The position numbers and the translations under genes were made by a program. A stretch of 64,000 bases of DNA from an uncultured Planctomycetales bacterium (GTDB lineage Bacteria > Omnitrophota > Gorgyraeia > Zapsychrales > JANLHA01). The notes beneath the pieces were generated by a model. It worked only from the letters and a program-made list of their open reading frames with translations, had not been told where the DNA came from and searched no databases. This document shows, piece after piece, positions 18,870-28,690 of the stretch. Where the stretch lies: contig CAYVEC010000006.1 of assembly GCA_964450385.1 (NCBI GenBank), positions 8,745 to 72,744 on the forward strand, read 5' to 3'. The first letter of the stretch is position 1. Each line of letters opens with the position of its first letter.

Positions 18870-20573
18870 GTGTGTATGAGCGAGGGACAAGGCGACCGTT
18901 CGCTAGACGTGATCCGGCAGGTGGTGGCCGACGATGTCGCGAGCGGCAAGAATAACGGGCGGGTCGTGACGCGCTTTCCGCCGGAGCCGAACGGGTATCT
19001 TCACATCGGTCACGCAAAATCCATTTGTCTGAATTTCGGTATTGCCCGTGAGTTCGGCGGGCGGTGCCACCTGCGTTTCGACGACACAAATCCCGCAAAA
19101 GAAGAACAGGAATATATCGATTCGATCAAGCACGATGTCTCGTGGCTCGGTTTTGATTGGGGGGTCCACGAGTATTACGCGTCGGACTATTTTGGACAGC
19201 TCTACGATTGGGCGGTCCTGCTCATCAAAAAAGGGAGGGCCTATGTTGACGACCTTTCCATGGACGAGATCCGGGCCTATCGGGGGACGCTCACCGAGCC
19301 GGGGCGCGAAAGCCCGCACCGGAACCGTTCGATTGAGGAGAATCTTGATCTCTTTGAGCGCATGAAACGCGGGGAATTCCCTGACGGGGCCAAGGTCCTT
19401 CGGGCGAAGATCGATATGGCCTCGCCGAACATCAATCTGCGCGATCCGGTTATGTACCGGATCCTTCACGCCGCGCATCCCCGCACGGGGGACGCCTGGT
19501 GCATCTATCCCATGTATGATTTTGCCCACGGGCAATCCGACTCGATCGAGGGGATCACCCATTCGATCTGCACACTTGAGTTCGAGAATCACCGGCCCTT
19601 GTATCACTGGTTCATTCAAGAGCTCGGGATCTTTCCGTCACAGCAATATGAATTCGCTCGGCTGAATTTAACATATACGGTTCTGAGCAAGCGAAAACTG
19701 CTCGAGCTCGTGACGGTCGGAGCGGTCTCGGGCTGGGATGATCCGAGGATGCCGACGCTTTCCGGGATCCGGCGCCGCGGATACACTGCGGAGGCCATCC
19801 GGGAGTTTTGCCGTCGCATTGGTGTTGCCCGCGTGGATGGAGTTGTGGACGTGGCCCTCCTGGAACACTGTCTTCGTGAGGACCTCAACCGACGCGCCCT
19901 CAGGGTCATGGGGGTGCTTCGGCCGCTTAAGGTCGTGATCACGAATTATCCTGAGGGCATGAGCGAAGACGTCGAGGCGGTTAACAATCCTGAGGATGAG
20001 GCGACTGGAACACGGCGGGTGCCGTTCTCTCGGGAGCTCTACATTGAACACGATGATTTTATGGAGGATCCCCCTCGGCAGTTTCATCGTCTCGCGCCGG
20101 GGCGTGAGGTCCGATTGCGGTATGCCTACTTCATCACGTGTCAGGAGGCGGTTAAGGACGCCGCGGGAAAGATCGTTGAGCTCCGCTGTACATATGATCC
20201 GGCGACTCGAGGGGGCGACGCCCCGGATGGCCGGAAGGTGAAAGGGACGATCCACTGGGTATCGGTCCCCCACGCCATCAAGGTCGAAGCGCGGCTGTAC
20301 GATCGGCTTTTTTCCGTTGAGGACCCGAACCAGGTTCCGGCAGGTCGTGATTTTAAAGAATTCCTGAACCCCCTCTCAGTCGAGACGGTCCCGTCGTGTT
20401 ATGTCGAGCCGTCGTTGGCACATGCGGCGCTGGGGGTTCCCTATCAGTTTGAACGCAAGGGGTATTTCTGTCTTGACGGACAGGATTCGTCCCCGGGGCG
20501 GCTGGTGTTTAATCGCACGGTGACTTTGAAGGATTCCTGGGAAAAGATTGTCCAGCGGCAGCAGCCATCGTAG
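18870..20573 (+). CDS. glnS: glutaminyl-tRNA synthetase
   Basis: HIGH motif [14 protein letters not shown], GlnRS catalytic and beta-barrel anticodon-binding domains; 567 aa. Confidence 0.9.
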   Translation: MCMSEGQGDRSLDVIRQVVADDVASGKNNGRVVTRFPPEPNGYLHIGHAKSICLNFGIAREFGGRCHLRFDDTNPAKEEQEYIDSIKHDVSWLGFDWGVHEYYASDYFGQLYDWAVLLIKKGRAYVDDLSMDEIRAYRGTLTEPGRESPHRNRSIEENLDLFERMKRGEFPDGAKVLRAKIDMASPNINLRDPVMYRILHAAHPRTGDAWCIYPMYDFAHGQSDSIEGITHSICTLEFENHRPLYHWFIQELGIFPSQQYEFARLNLTYTVLSKRKLLELVTVGAVSGWDDPRMPTLSGIRRRGYTAEAIREFCRRIGVARVDGVVDVALLEHCLREDLNRRALRVMGVLRPLKVVITNYPEGMSEDVEAVNNPEDEATGTRRVPFSRELYIEHDDFMEDPPRQFHRLAPGREVRLRYAYFITCQEAVKDAAGKIVELRCTYDPATRGGDAPDGRKVKGTIHWVSVPHAIKVEARLYDRLFSVEDPNQVPAGRDFKEFLNPLSVETVPSCYVEPSLAHAALGVPYQFERKGYFCLDGQDSSPGRLVFNRTVTLKDSWEKIVQRQQPS

Positions 20574-20641
20574 ACAGGGGCCGGTCCGGCCGAGGCAGGA
20601 GTTTCGATCGGCGAGTCTTTGTCGGCGGATGAGGAACAGGC

Positions 20642-21262
20642 ATGAGGAAGTTTCCGCAGAAAACGATTTCCCGCGCGTTTGTCTATCTTCGGGCCCTCGA
20701 CACCTTAATTTATGAGGGCGTTGCCCATATCTCGTCGCATCAACTCGGCATGATGACGGGATTCTCGGACGCGCAGATCCGTAAGGACATTTCGATCTTC
20801 GGGCGGGTGGGACGGCCTCGGATTGGCTACGACACGCAGACCCTCAAGAAACTCCTTGAAGACTTTATCGCGCAGCATGTGGTCCATGTCGTGCTTTTTG
20901 GCGTCGGGAACCTTGGGTCCGCGATCCTTCAGTATCCGGGTTTCCACGAGGACAAGGTCAAGATCGTCGCGGCCTTTGACCGGGACGAAAAAAAGACCGG
21001 CGCTGCGATTAATCGGATCATGGTCTATGCCGTGGACAAGGCGCCGGAGGTCATACCCAAAAAGCACATTGAGATCGGCGTGATCGCGACGCCCAAACAG
21101 GCGAGCCAGCAGACTGCGGACCTTCTTGTGGCGTGCGGGGTCAAGGGGATCATTAATTTTTCTCCGACGACGGTGACGGTCCCGAAGGATGTCTGCGTGA
21201 AGAACATTGATCTGGCCGTTGAGTTCTTATCGCTGTTTTATGACATGAAGACCGGACGGTGA
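20642..21262 (+). CDS. rex: redox-sensing transcriptional repressor Rex
   Basis: Winged-helix N-domain (ISSHQLGMMTGFSDAQIRKD) + Rossmann GVGNLGSAIL; 206 aa. Confidence 0.85.
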   Translation: MRKFPQKTISRAFVYLRALDTLIYEGVAHISSHQLGMMTGFSDAQIRKDISIFGRVGRPRIGYDTQTLKKLLEDFIAQHVVHVVLFGVGNLGSAILQYPGFHEDKVKIVAAFDRDEKKTGAAINRIMVYAVDKAPEVIPKKHIEIGVIATPKQASQQTADLLVACGVKGIINFSPTTVTVPKDVCVKNIDLAVEFLSLFYDMKTGR

Positions 21263-21840
21263 GCGTGCCGGCCCGGGCAGAGGGGGAAGGGTCCATGGGG
21301 AGACGGTTTCTGCTAATGATGGTGTGCCTGGTCATCGTGACATCCTCGGGATGTGACCGGATCTATCGTTGGCTCCAGAAATCTGGGGCGGAGGAGCGGG
21401 ACCTGATCGGTGAGATCGTGCCCTATGAGGCAAACGCGGGGGTCCTGGCCGTTCAGCAGCGGCTTAAGATTTTCGGGTATGCGATCGGGAACCCCGACGG
21501 GATTCTCGGCGTTAATACCCGGAACGCCCTGGAGGCGTTTCAGGAGGATCAGGGGATCGAGGCGACGCGATTTATTGACCGAGTGACCTGGGATCGGCTC
21601 ATGGAGTTTGACCGATATGGTCTGATCCATGCTGGCGAGGTAAATGTTGCCGCAGTTCAGGTGGCTCTTAAGGCGGCGGGCTTGAATGTCGGGTCCGCGG
21701 ACGGAAAGATGGGGCGGAAGACCCAGGAGGCCCTTGAGGCCTTTCAGCAGCGCGAGGGGCTTAAGCCCGACGGGAAAATCGGTTTTAAAACGCTCTCGGC
21801 CCTTAAACGGTATCTGATGCCGCTCGAGGCCGCGCCATGA
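21259..21840 (+). CDS. lipoprotein with two peptidoglycan-binding (PG_binding_1) domains
   Basis: Signal/lipobox ...VTSSGC; two repeats of the L-x-x-x-G-Y-x-x-G-x-x-D-G-x-x-G-x-x-T-x-x-A-L-x-x-F-Q PG-binding motif. Confidence 0.7.
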   Translation: MSVPARAEGEGSMGRRFLLMMVCLVIVTSSGCDRIYRWLQKSGAEERDLIGEIVPYEANAGVLAVQQRLKIFGYAIGNPDGILGVNTRNALEAFQEDQGIEATRFIDRVTWDRLMEFDRYGLIHAGEVNVAAVQVALKAAGLNVGSADGKMGRKTQEALEAFQQREGLKPDGKIGFKTLSALKRYLMPLEAAP

Positions 21841-22958
21841 ACGAGAACACGGGGAACGCCATGAAACATTTTAAGAACGTCTATATCTCTTCGATCTATC
21901 AGAACGCGGGGAAGACAACGGTCGCGCTCGGCCTGTATCGTTTATTTCAGGAACACAAGATGCAACCCGCCTTTTTGAAGCCCGTGGGGCAGCAGACGGT
22001 CTACATCGGAGGGCTCGACGTCGATAAGGATTCGTATCTCATAGGTTCGGTCTATCGGTGCCGCACGGCCCTTAAGATGATGAGCCCGGTCACGATCGGG
22101 TCCGGATACACGGAACAATACATCTTTAATCCGAAGCCTGAGATGCTCCGGAGCAAGATCCTTCGGGCCTTTCAGAAATTGACCAAGGGAAAAAATTCCA
22201 TCATTATCGAAGGCACGGGCCATGCCGGCGTCGGATCGGTCGTTGATGTCTCTAACGCGGAAGTGGCGAAACTCCTGAATTCGAAGGTCCTTATTGTCTC
22301 AGAGGGCGGGATCGGCCGGAGCATCGATGAGATCATGCTCAATAAGGCACTCTTTGATATGAAGGGGGTCGAGGTCATCGGCGTCATCATCAACAAGGTC
22401 CTGCCCGACAAATACGATCGGGTCAAGGCCGCTGTTACTCAGGGGCTTCAGAACAAAGGGCTCCGGGTTCTTGGGGTGATCCCGATGGAGCCTCTCCTCC
22501 GTGACCCGACGGTCGAGCAGCTGAACGGCCAGCTCAAGCTGAAATTACTCTGCGGCAAAGAGAATCTGCACAAGCGGGTTCGGAACACGATCGTCGCCGC
22601 GATGGAGCCGGCCAACATGGTCGAACACATCGATTCGGGGACCCTTGTCTTGACCTCGGGGGACCGGATCGATAATATTATGGTCGCGGTCAGTTCTCAC
22701 TTGATCGTTCAGCGGCGGCACCGCCAGGTCGTTGGCATTATTTTGACCGGCGGGCTTGTTCCCGATGCCAAGATCATGCGTCTTTTGAAGCGCAGCGGGA
22801 TCCCCGTCATGGTCACAAACGAAGAGACCTACACCGTCGCCGGGAAGATCGATAATTATGTCTGCAAGATCCAGGCCAATGACAAAGAAAAGATCATGGA
22901 GGCGAAGCGGCTGGTCGAAAAATATGTCGATGTGCATCAGCTGCTGGAATTGTTATGA
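21837..22958 (+). CDS. Pta N-terminal-domain-like protein (BioD-like P-loop NTPase + DRTGG domain), no phosphotransacetylase catalytic domain
   Basis: P-loop SSIYQNAGKTT; DRTGG-like LVLTSGDRIDNI; resembles regulatory N-terminal half of long Pta proteins. Confidence 0.55.
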   Translation: MNENTGNAMKHFKNVYISSIYQNAGKTTVALGLYRLFQEHKMQPAFLKPVGQQTVYIGGLDVDKDSYLIGSVYRCRTALKMMSPVTIGSGYTEQYIFNPKPEMLRSKILRAFQKLTKGKNSIIIEGTGHAGVGSVVDVSNAEVAKLLNSKVLIVSEGGIGRSIDEIMLNKALFDMKGVEVIGVIINKVLPDKYDRVKAAVTQGLQNKGLRVLGVIPMEPLLRDPTVEQLNGQLKLKLLCGKENLHKRVRNTIVAAMEPANMVEHIDSGTLVLTSGDRIDNIMVAVSSHLIVQRRHRQVVGIILTGGLVPDAKIMRLLKRSGIPVMVTNEETYTVAGKIDNYVCKIQANDKEKIMEAKRLVEKYVDVHQLLELL

Positions 22959-24145
22959 ACGTGTCTGTTAAATCGAAAACCGATGTTGTGATCGTTGACG
23001 CGGTTCGGACCCCGATGGCGCGCGCCTTTGCTGCCCTTCAGGAGTGCGATGTTTCTCTGTTGGCTCGGCATGTGTTGGCGGAGTTGGCTGGACGGCATCA
23101 TTTGACCGATGGGGGCGTCGCAAGCGTCATCATGGGCAGCGCGGTCCTTGCCGGGGCGGGGCAGAATTTTTTGCGCCGGGCCGTGGTCGACGCAGGGCTG
23201 CCGGTGACGACGCCGACATATATTATCAGCAATGTCTGCGGGTCGGGTCTTCAGGCCGTGATCGCCGGAACCCAGCTTATTCGGGCCGGCGACGGCGAGT
23301 GCGTGATCACCGGCGGTGTGGAGAGTGCGTCACATTCACCCGAGCTTGTCTTTAAGCGGGCGCACGAGGAAAAGACCCGGAGGGCACTTCAGGAAAGCCT
23401 CGTTCATGACGGGCTGTGGTGTTCGTTAACGGACAAGCATATGGGATTGTTATGCGAGGGGCTTGTCCATGAGCACCAGATCACCCGGATCGAACAGGAT
23501 GATTATGCCTTTGTGAGTTATCAGCGGGCCCTTGCTGCCCAGGTCGCAAAACGATTTGAGGCCGAGATCGTTCCGATCCAAACGCCATCCGGAAAAAGGG
23601 TCGTGGTTGACGAGACGATCCGGCGGAATATCCAGCGTGCCGTGTTCAATCAATTCCCGCCGGCTTTTATGAAGAAGACCGGCACGGTGACCGCGGGCAA
23701 TTCGTCTGTTCCGTGTGATGGTGCCGCTGCCGTGGTCTTGGCATCCGCCGCTGAGGCGCGTCGCCGAGGATGGCGGCCCCTGGCGAAGGTCTTGGGCCAT
23801 GCGGTGATCGCGGGGAATCCGCATGAGGTCTTTGCCCTGGCCGCCGACGCGGTTGAACAATGTCTCGAGCGGTGCGGCCTATCTGTAGCCGATGTTGATC
23901 TTGTGGAACTTAGCGAGGCCTTTGCCGCGCAGGCGGTACTTCTTCAGCGTCGGCTCGGATTTCCGCTTGAGAGGATGAATATTTATGGGGGGGACCTTGC
24001 GCTCGGGCATCCCTTAGGCGCGGCTGGGGCGCGCGTGGTCGTGACGCTCACGCACGCGCTTCATTCAGCATCAAAAAAAGTCGGGGTCTGTGTCGTTTGC
24101 CTCGGCGGAGGCGGGGCCTTGGCCATGGCCCTGGAACGGGCATAG
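22955..24145 (+). CDS. thiolase (acetyl-CoA C-acetyltransferase family)
   Basis: Active-site NVCGSGLQAV and C-terminal GGGGALAMALE thiolase signatures; 396 aa. Confidence 0.85.
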   Translation: MNVSVKSKTDVVIVDAVRTPMARAFAALQECDVSLLARHVLAELAGRHHLTDGGVASVIMGSAVLAGAGQNFLRRAVVDAGLPVTTPTYIISNVCGSGLQAVIAGTQLIRAGDGECVITGGVESASHSPELVFKRAHEEKTRRALQESLVHDGLWCSLTDKHMGLLCEGLVHEHQITRIEQDDYAFVSYQRALAAQVAKRFEAEIVPIQTPSGKRVVVDETIRRNIQRAVFNQFPPAFMKKTGTVTAGNSSVPCDGAAAVVLASAAEARRRGWRPLAKVLGHAVIAGNPHEVFALAADAVEQCLERCGLSVADVDLVELSEAFAAQAVLLQRRLGFPLERMNIYGGDLALGHPLGAAGARVVVTLTHALHSASKKVGVCVVCLGGGGALAMALERA

Positions 24146-24168
24146 AGAGATATGGTGAGGCGGGATCC

Positions 24169-25518
24169 ATGGATATGATTCGGGTGAGACAGGGACGGAA
24201 TATTCGAATGGTCGGCGCGGCCGAGAGGGTCCTCGTTGATCTGCCGGTGCCGGCTCGCGTTGTGGTGTGTTCGGAAGACCTCTATGGATTTCGGCCGCGT
24301 CTCACGATCGCTGTCGGGAATCGGGTGTGCGTGGGTTCGGTCCTGGCGGAGGATCAAGGGGACCCCCGCCGTCGTCTTGTGTCGCCTGCGAGTGGGACTA
24401 TTACGGAAATTCGCCGCGGCGCGCGTCGGGCGATCTCTGGGATCGTGATCACCTGTGACGGCCGTCAGGAAACGGTTCCGATCACAAAATACGCGGCCTC
24501 CTCAATCTCGGGTCTGACGCGCGAGCGGATTGTCCAGCATCTTCTTGAGAGCGGGGCGTGGATTTTTTTTCGCGAGCGACCGTTTGATCGGATCGTGGAT
24601 CCGGACCGCCTCCCCAAAGCGATCTTTGTTCCGGCGGTATCGACGGGGCCCTTGGCTCCGGACCCGGGGTTCTTTTTGAAAGGGAGGGAGGATCTTTTTC
24701 AATACGGGCTAGAGATCCTCACGCGATTGACTGATGGGTGCGTGCATGTCTGTGTTGGGCCAAAGGCTGCGGAGCCTTCCGCGTCGGCCGATGGACGGAT
24801 TCGCATTCATCGGGTCGTCGGGCCTCATCCGGCGGGAAACGTCGGAACCCATATCCATTATCTTGATCCCTTAGAGCGCGGGGAGAGGGTCTGGTATGCC
24901 GATGTCCAGGGGGTGGTCGCGATCGCGCGGAGCTTTATTGACGGAGGGTTTTGTCCTGAACGGATCATTGCGGTGACCGGCGCGCGGGCGCCGGAGCGGG
25001 TCTATAAGAGAACGATCCTCGGGGCCGAGGCTGGATTTATCGCGGGACCGAACCTTCCAGCGGACGCCTGCGTGATTTTCGGCGGGGTCTTGACCGGGCG
25101 TGAGGTCGGCGCGGATGGCGCGGTCGGGTTGTATGACGCGGAGGTTGCTGTGATCCCACGGGGAGGGCTCCGGGTCGTTTTGGGCTGGATGATGCCGGGA
25201 TGGCATGCGTACAGTTTTACCCGGACGATGCTGTCCTCATGGGACCCGTTGCGGAGCGTTTCATTAACAACGGATCGTTTCGGTTCCCATCGCCCGATCG
25301 TTCTGAATGATGTGTATGACCGGTACGTGGCCCTTGATGTCCCGACATTCTTTTTGATCAAGGCGATTCTATCAGAGAACATTGACGAGATGGAACGGCT
25401 CGGGATCTTGGAATGTTCGCCTGAAGATTTTGCCCTGGCGGCATTTGCCTGCCCGTCGAAAACGGATGTCTGCGGCATCATCCGCAAAGGGCTCAGCATG
25501 ATGGAGGCCGAAGGGTGA
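24169..25518 (+). CDS. nqrA: Na+-translocating NADH:quinone oxidoreductase subunit A
   Basis: 450 aa NqrA-like; first ATG 24169 after thiolase stop (ORF-track 24097 overlaps thiolase); followed by nqrBCDEF. Confidence 0.8.
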   Translation: MDMIRVRQGRNIRMVGAAERVLVDLPVPARVVVCSEDLYGFRPRLTIAVGNRVCVGSVLAEDQGDPRRRLVSPASGTITEIRRGARRAISGIVITCDGRQETVPITKYAASSISGLTRERIVQHLLESGAWIFFRERPFDRIVDPDRLPKAIFVPAVSTGPLAPDPGFFLKGREDLFQYGLEILTRLTDGCVHVCVGPKAAEPSASADGRIRIHRVVGPHPAGNVGTHIHYLDPLERGERVWYADVQGVVAIARSFIDGGFCPERIIAVTGARAPERVYKRTILGAEAGFIAGPNLPADACVIFGGVLTGREVGADGAVGLYDAEVAVIPRGGLRVVLGWMMPGWHAYSFTRTMLSSWDPLRSVSLTTDRFGSHRPIVLNDVYDRYVALDVPTFFLIKAILSENIDEMERLGILECSPEDFALAAFACPSKTDVCGIIRKGLSMMEAEG

Positions 25519-26723
25519 GGGAGATCCTTGAGAAAATTTTTCAGCGGTTGCGGGGATGGTCAGCCACGGGCGGCCGGCTTCATGCCGCGGCTCCGCTTGT
25601 CGAGGCCATTGAATCGTTTCTGTTGACGCCGGGAGAGACGGCCGCAGCGGCCCCGTTTGTCCGCGACGCGGTTGACCTGAAGCGCGTGATGGTCCTGGTT
25701 GTGGTCGCGGTCCTCCCCTGTTTTTTCATTGGAACGTATAACGTCGGGCATCAGGCCCTTCTATCACAGGGGCTGAGCGGCAGCATTTCTCAAGAATGGT
25801 GGCTTGGGCTCAAGACGGTCATGCCGCTCCTGCTTGTGGTCTACACGGTCGGAGGCTTCTGGGAGGTCCTTTTTGCGGTTGTCCGGCGGCGTGAGATTAC
25901 CGAGGGATTTTTAGTCACTGGGATCCTTTTTACGCTCACGCTGCCCCCGACGATGCCGTTGTGGCAGGCCGCGGTGAGCATTTCATTCGGCGTGGTCATT
26001 GGAAAAGAGATCTTTGGCGGGACAGGGTTTAATCTCGTGAACCCTGCTCTTGCGGCGAGGGCTTTTGCCTTTTTTGCCTATCCGGCCCAGATGTCGGGGG
26101 ACGCGGTCTGGGTCGCGGTTGACGGGCTCACGAAGGCCACTCCGTTGGCCGTGGTTGCTCAGGCCCCGTCGGGTGCCGTGGCCATTGATGCCTTGGCTCA
26201 AGCGGGATATTCCTTCTCGAACATGATGTGGGGGTTTGTGCCGGGGAGTATCGGCGAGACATCGGCGGTGGCATGTGTGATTGGACTTGTGGTGCTCCTC
26301 GCGACGGGTGTCGCGAACTGGCGGATCGTCGCGGGATGCTGTCTGGGGATGACCGCGACCGTGGCGTTTGTGATGCTCGGCCAGGCGGTGCCGGCCCCGG
26401 CCATTACGACACTGCCGTTCTCCTGGCACTTCGTGATGGGCGGGTTTGCCTTCGGCGCTGTTTTTATGGCGACGGACCCGGTCTCTTCATCGGCGACCGA
26501 GGCCGGGAGGTGGATCTATGGGGCATTGATCGGAGCGATGGTCGCGGTGATTCGGATCTTTAATCCGGCGTATCCGGAAGGCGTGATGCTCGCCATCCTG
26601 CTCATGAACATTTTTGCGCCGTTGATCGATCATGGCGTGCTTGAGGTCCAGATCATTCAGCGCCGGCGCCGGAACGACCGCGCCCGAAGACAGTGGCGCC
26701 GGAACGGGGAGGATCATGGATAA
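25515..26723 (+). CDS. nqrB: Na+-NQR subunit B
   Basis: Polytopic membrane protein of NqrB/RnfD family; GTG start overlapping nqrA stop. Confidence 0.8.
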   Translation: MREILEKIFQRLRGWSATGGRLHAAAPLVEAIESFLLTPGETAAAAPFVRDAVDLKRVMVLVVVAVLPCFFIGTYNVGHQALLSQGLSGSISQEWWLGLKTVMPLLLVVYTVGGFWEVLFAVVRRREITEGFLVTGILFTLTLPPTMPLWQAAVSISFGVVIGKEIFGGTGFNLVNPALAARAFAFFAYPAQMSGDAVWVAVDGLTKATPLAVVAQAPSGAVAIDALAQAGYSFSNMMWGFVPGSIGETSAVACVIGLVVLLATGVANWRIVAGCCLGMTATVAFVMLGQAVPAPAITTLPFSWHFVMGGFAFGAVFMATDPVSSSATEAGRWIYGALIGAMVAVIRIFNPAYPEGVMLAILLMNIFAPLIDHGVLEVQIIQRRRRNDRARRQWRRNGEDHG

Positions 26724-27435
26724 ACACTCGCGAACATATACGTTTTTATTTGCTGCCGCCGTCTGCGTGGTCTGCGGCCTGTTGGTCTCGTTCGCGGCCG
26801 GGGCCCTTAGGTCTCGACGGGAAATGAATCAGGAGGTTGATCGGAAACGGCACATCCTGAAGGTCGTTGGGCTGCGTCAGCCGGTCGCGCACGGGGCGCC
26901 TCCCGAAGAGGTGACCCGGATCTTTGATGAGAAGATCGAAGAGGTCGAGGTCGATGCCCGGGGCGGACTCGTTCGTGTCGGCCCCGTCAGGATCCGGCCA
27001 GCGGAGGAGGAGGCCTATCCGCTTTTCCTTTATAAAGAAAGCGGGCAGACGTTGGCCTTTTGTTTTCCGGTTTCGGGGAAGGGGCTCTGGTCAACGATCG
27101 AGGGATATATGGCCCTTGAGGCGGACGGCCGGACCATTCGAGGCGTCACGTTTTATCGGCATGGGGAGACCCCCGGCCTCGGCGGAGAGGTTGCGTCCGA
27201 GGAGTTCCAGGACCGTTTTAAGGGAAAAAAGATCTGGGATCTTCAGACCCGGGCCTTGCGTCCCGTGGCCGTGGTGAAAGGGCGCGTCAAGGACACCGTC
27301 CCGACGGCGGAACAGGCCTTTTATGTCGACGGGATCACCGGCGCGACCATGACCGGAGCGGGGATCACGGCGTTTTTGGACCGATGGATCCGCGTTTATG
27401 GACCCTATCTGATCAAGACGGGAGAGACCAAATGA
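26716..27435 (+). CDS. nqrC: Na+-NQR subunit C (FMN-binding)
   Basis: Single N-terminal TM then FMN-binding domain with ...FYVDGITGATMTGAGI (Thr for covalent FMN); ATG 26716 overlaps nqrB end. Confidence 0.8.
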   Translation: MDKHSRTYTFLFAAAVCVVCGLLVSFAAGALRSRREMNQEVDRKRHILKVVGLRQPVAHGAPPEEVTRIFDEKIEEVEVDARGGLVRVGPVRIRPAEEEAYPLFLYKESGQTLAFCFPVSGKGLWSTIEGYMALEADGRTIRGVTFYRHGETPGLGGEVASEEFQDRFKGKKIWDLQTRALRPVAVVKGRVKDTVPTAEQAFYVDGITGATMTGAGITAFLDRWIRVYGPYLIKTGETK

Positions 27436-28049
27436 GGACTCGGGATAAAAGGATCTTTCGTGACGGGCTTTGGGACGCGAGCCCGGTCACGTTTCAAATC
27501 CTGGGGATCTGCTCGGCCCTTGCGGTCACGCTCCAGACCCGGACGGCTGTTGTGATGGGCGCAGCCCTGACGTTTGTTCTCTGTGTGTCGAACATCACGG
27601 TCTCGATCCTTCGCGACCATATTCCGAGCCGCATCAGGATCATTGTTCAGCTTCTCATCATTTCAACGTTCGTGATCGTTGTGGACCTGTTCCTACAGGC
27701 GTATTTCTACGATATCGCGAAAGAGCTGAGCATCTTTGTGGCCCTCATTATTACGAATTGTATTGTCATGGGCCGGGCCGAGGGGTTTGCGATGAGGCAT
27801 CCGCCTCGTCAGGCGTTCTGGGACGGCCTTGGTAACGGGCTTGGATACAGCGCGGTCCTGATCGTGATTGCCGTCGCGCGCGAGTTTTTGGGTCAGGGGT
27901 CTGTTGCCGGCGTTCCTCTTGTGCCTGAGGCGGCGTATCGCGCTGGATATGTGAATTGTGGAATCATGCTTCTTGCACCTGGGGCGTTCTTTTTGCTTGG
28001 GGCCGTGATCTGGATCCAGCGCGCGATCTCTGGGTATGTTGAAAAATAA
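27432..28049 (+). CDS. nqrD: Na+-NQR subunit D
   Basis: NqrD/RnfE family hydrophobic protein; ATGA overlap with nqrC stop. Confidence 0.8.
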   Translation: MRTRDKRIFRDGLWDASPVTFQILGICSALAVTLQTRTAVVMGAALTFVLCVSNITVSILRDHIPSRIRIIVQLLIISTFVIVVDLFLQAYFYDIAKELSIFVALIITNCIVMGRAEGFAMRHPPRQAFWDGLGNGLGYSAVLIVIAVAREFLGQGSVAGVPLVPEAAYRAGYVNCGIMLLAPGAFFLLGAVIWIQRAISGYVEK

Positions 28050-28052
28050 ACA

Positions 28053-28673
28053 ATGGGGACCGTTATGGGGTATATCGCCTTAGTCCTTGATCAGGTCTTT
28101 GTTCATAATATCCTGCTCGCCCTGTTCTTGGGTATGTGCTCGTTTTTGGCCTGTTCGAAAAGGATGGAGACCGCCCTCGGGCTCGGCCTTGCCGTTGTGG
28201 CGGTCATGACGATCACCGCACCTGTTAACTGGCTGCTCAAACATTTTCTTCTGGATCCGGGCGCGCTCTCGTGGGCCGGGCTGCCCGAGACGGATCTTGG
28301 CTTTCTGACTGTTATTGTTTTTATTGCTGTGATCGCGGCAATGGTCCAGATCGTTGAGATCGTGATCGACCGGGCGAGTCCACGGCTCTACGCCGCGCTC
28401 GGGATCTTTTTGCCGCTTATCGCCGTGAATTGTGCCGTGCTCGGTGGGTCGCTCCTCATGGCGGAGCGGGGGTATTCTTTTGGAGAAACGGTTGTCTTTG
28501 GGTTCAGCGCGGGCACGGGGTGGGCGCTTGCCATTGTGACCATGGCCGCGATTCGGAAAAAACTATGGTATTCGGACATCCCTCGTCCCCTCCGGGGCCT
28601 TGGGATCGCGATGATGATCACGGGCCTGATCTCCCTTGCCTTCATGTGTTTTGCCGGGATCAGCGTGCCCTAG
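28053..28673 (+). CDS. nqrE: Na+-NQR subunit E
   Basis: NqrE/RnfA family, 206 aa, six TM helices. Confidence 0.8.
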   Translation: MGTVMGYIALVLDQVFVHNILLALFLGMCSFLACSKRMETALGLGLAVVAVMTITAPVNWLLKHFLLDPGALSWAGLPETDLGFLTVIVFIAVIAAMVQIVEIVIDRASPRLYAALGIFLPLIAVNCAVLGGSLLMAERGYSFGETVVFGFSAGTGWALAIVTMAAIRKKLWYSDIPRPLRGLGIAMMITGLISLAFMCFAGISVP

Positions 28674-28690
28674 CGGGAAGGAGTCTGTCG

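Noticed and set aside
24097-24168. ORF-track N-terminal extensions (nqrA 24097, nqrF 28430, carA 54722, rarA 12192, ANTAR 30007, nfnB 32568, glnN 41456, GATase 43700, nqrC 26632, nqrD 27384, amt 39608)
   Set aside because: The extended segments overlap the preceding gene or cross leader hairpins. In each case an internal ATG or GTG with a proper SD sits at the point where homology begins.
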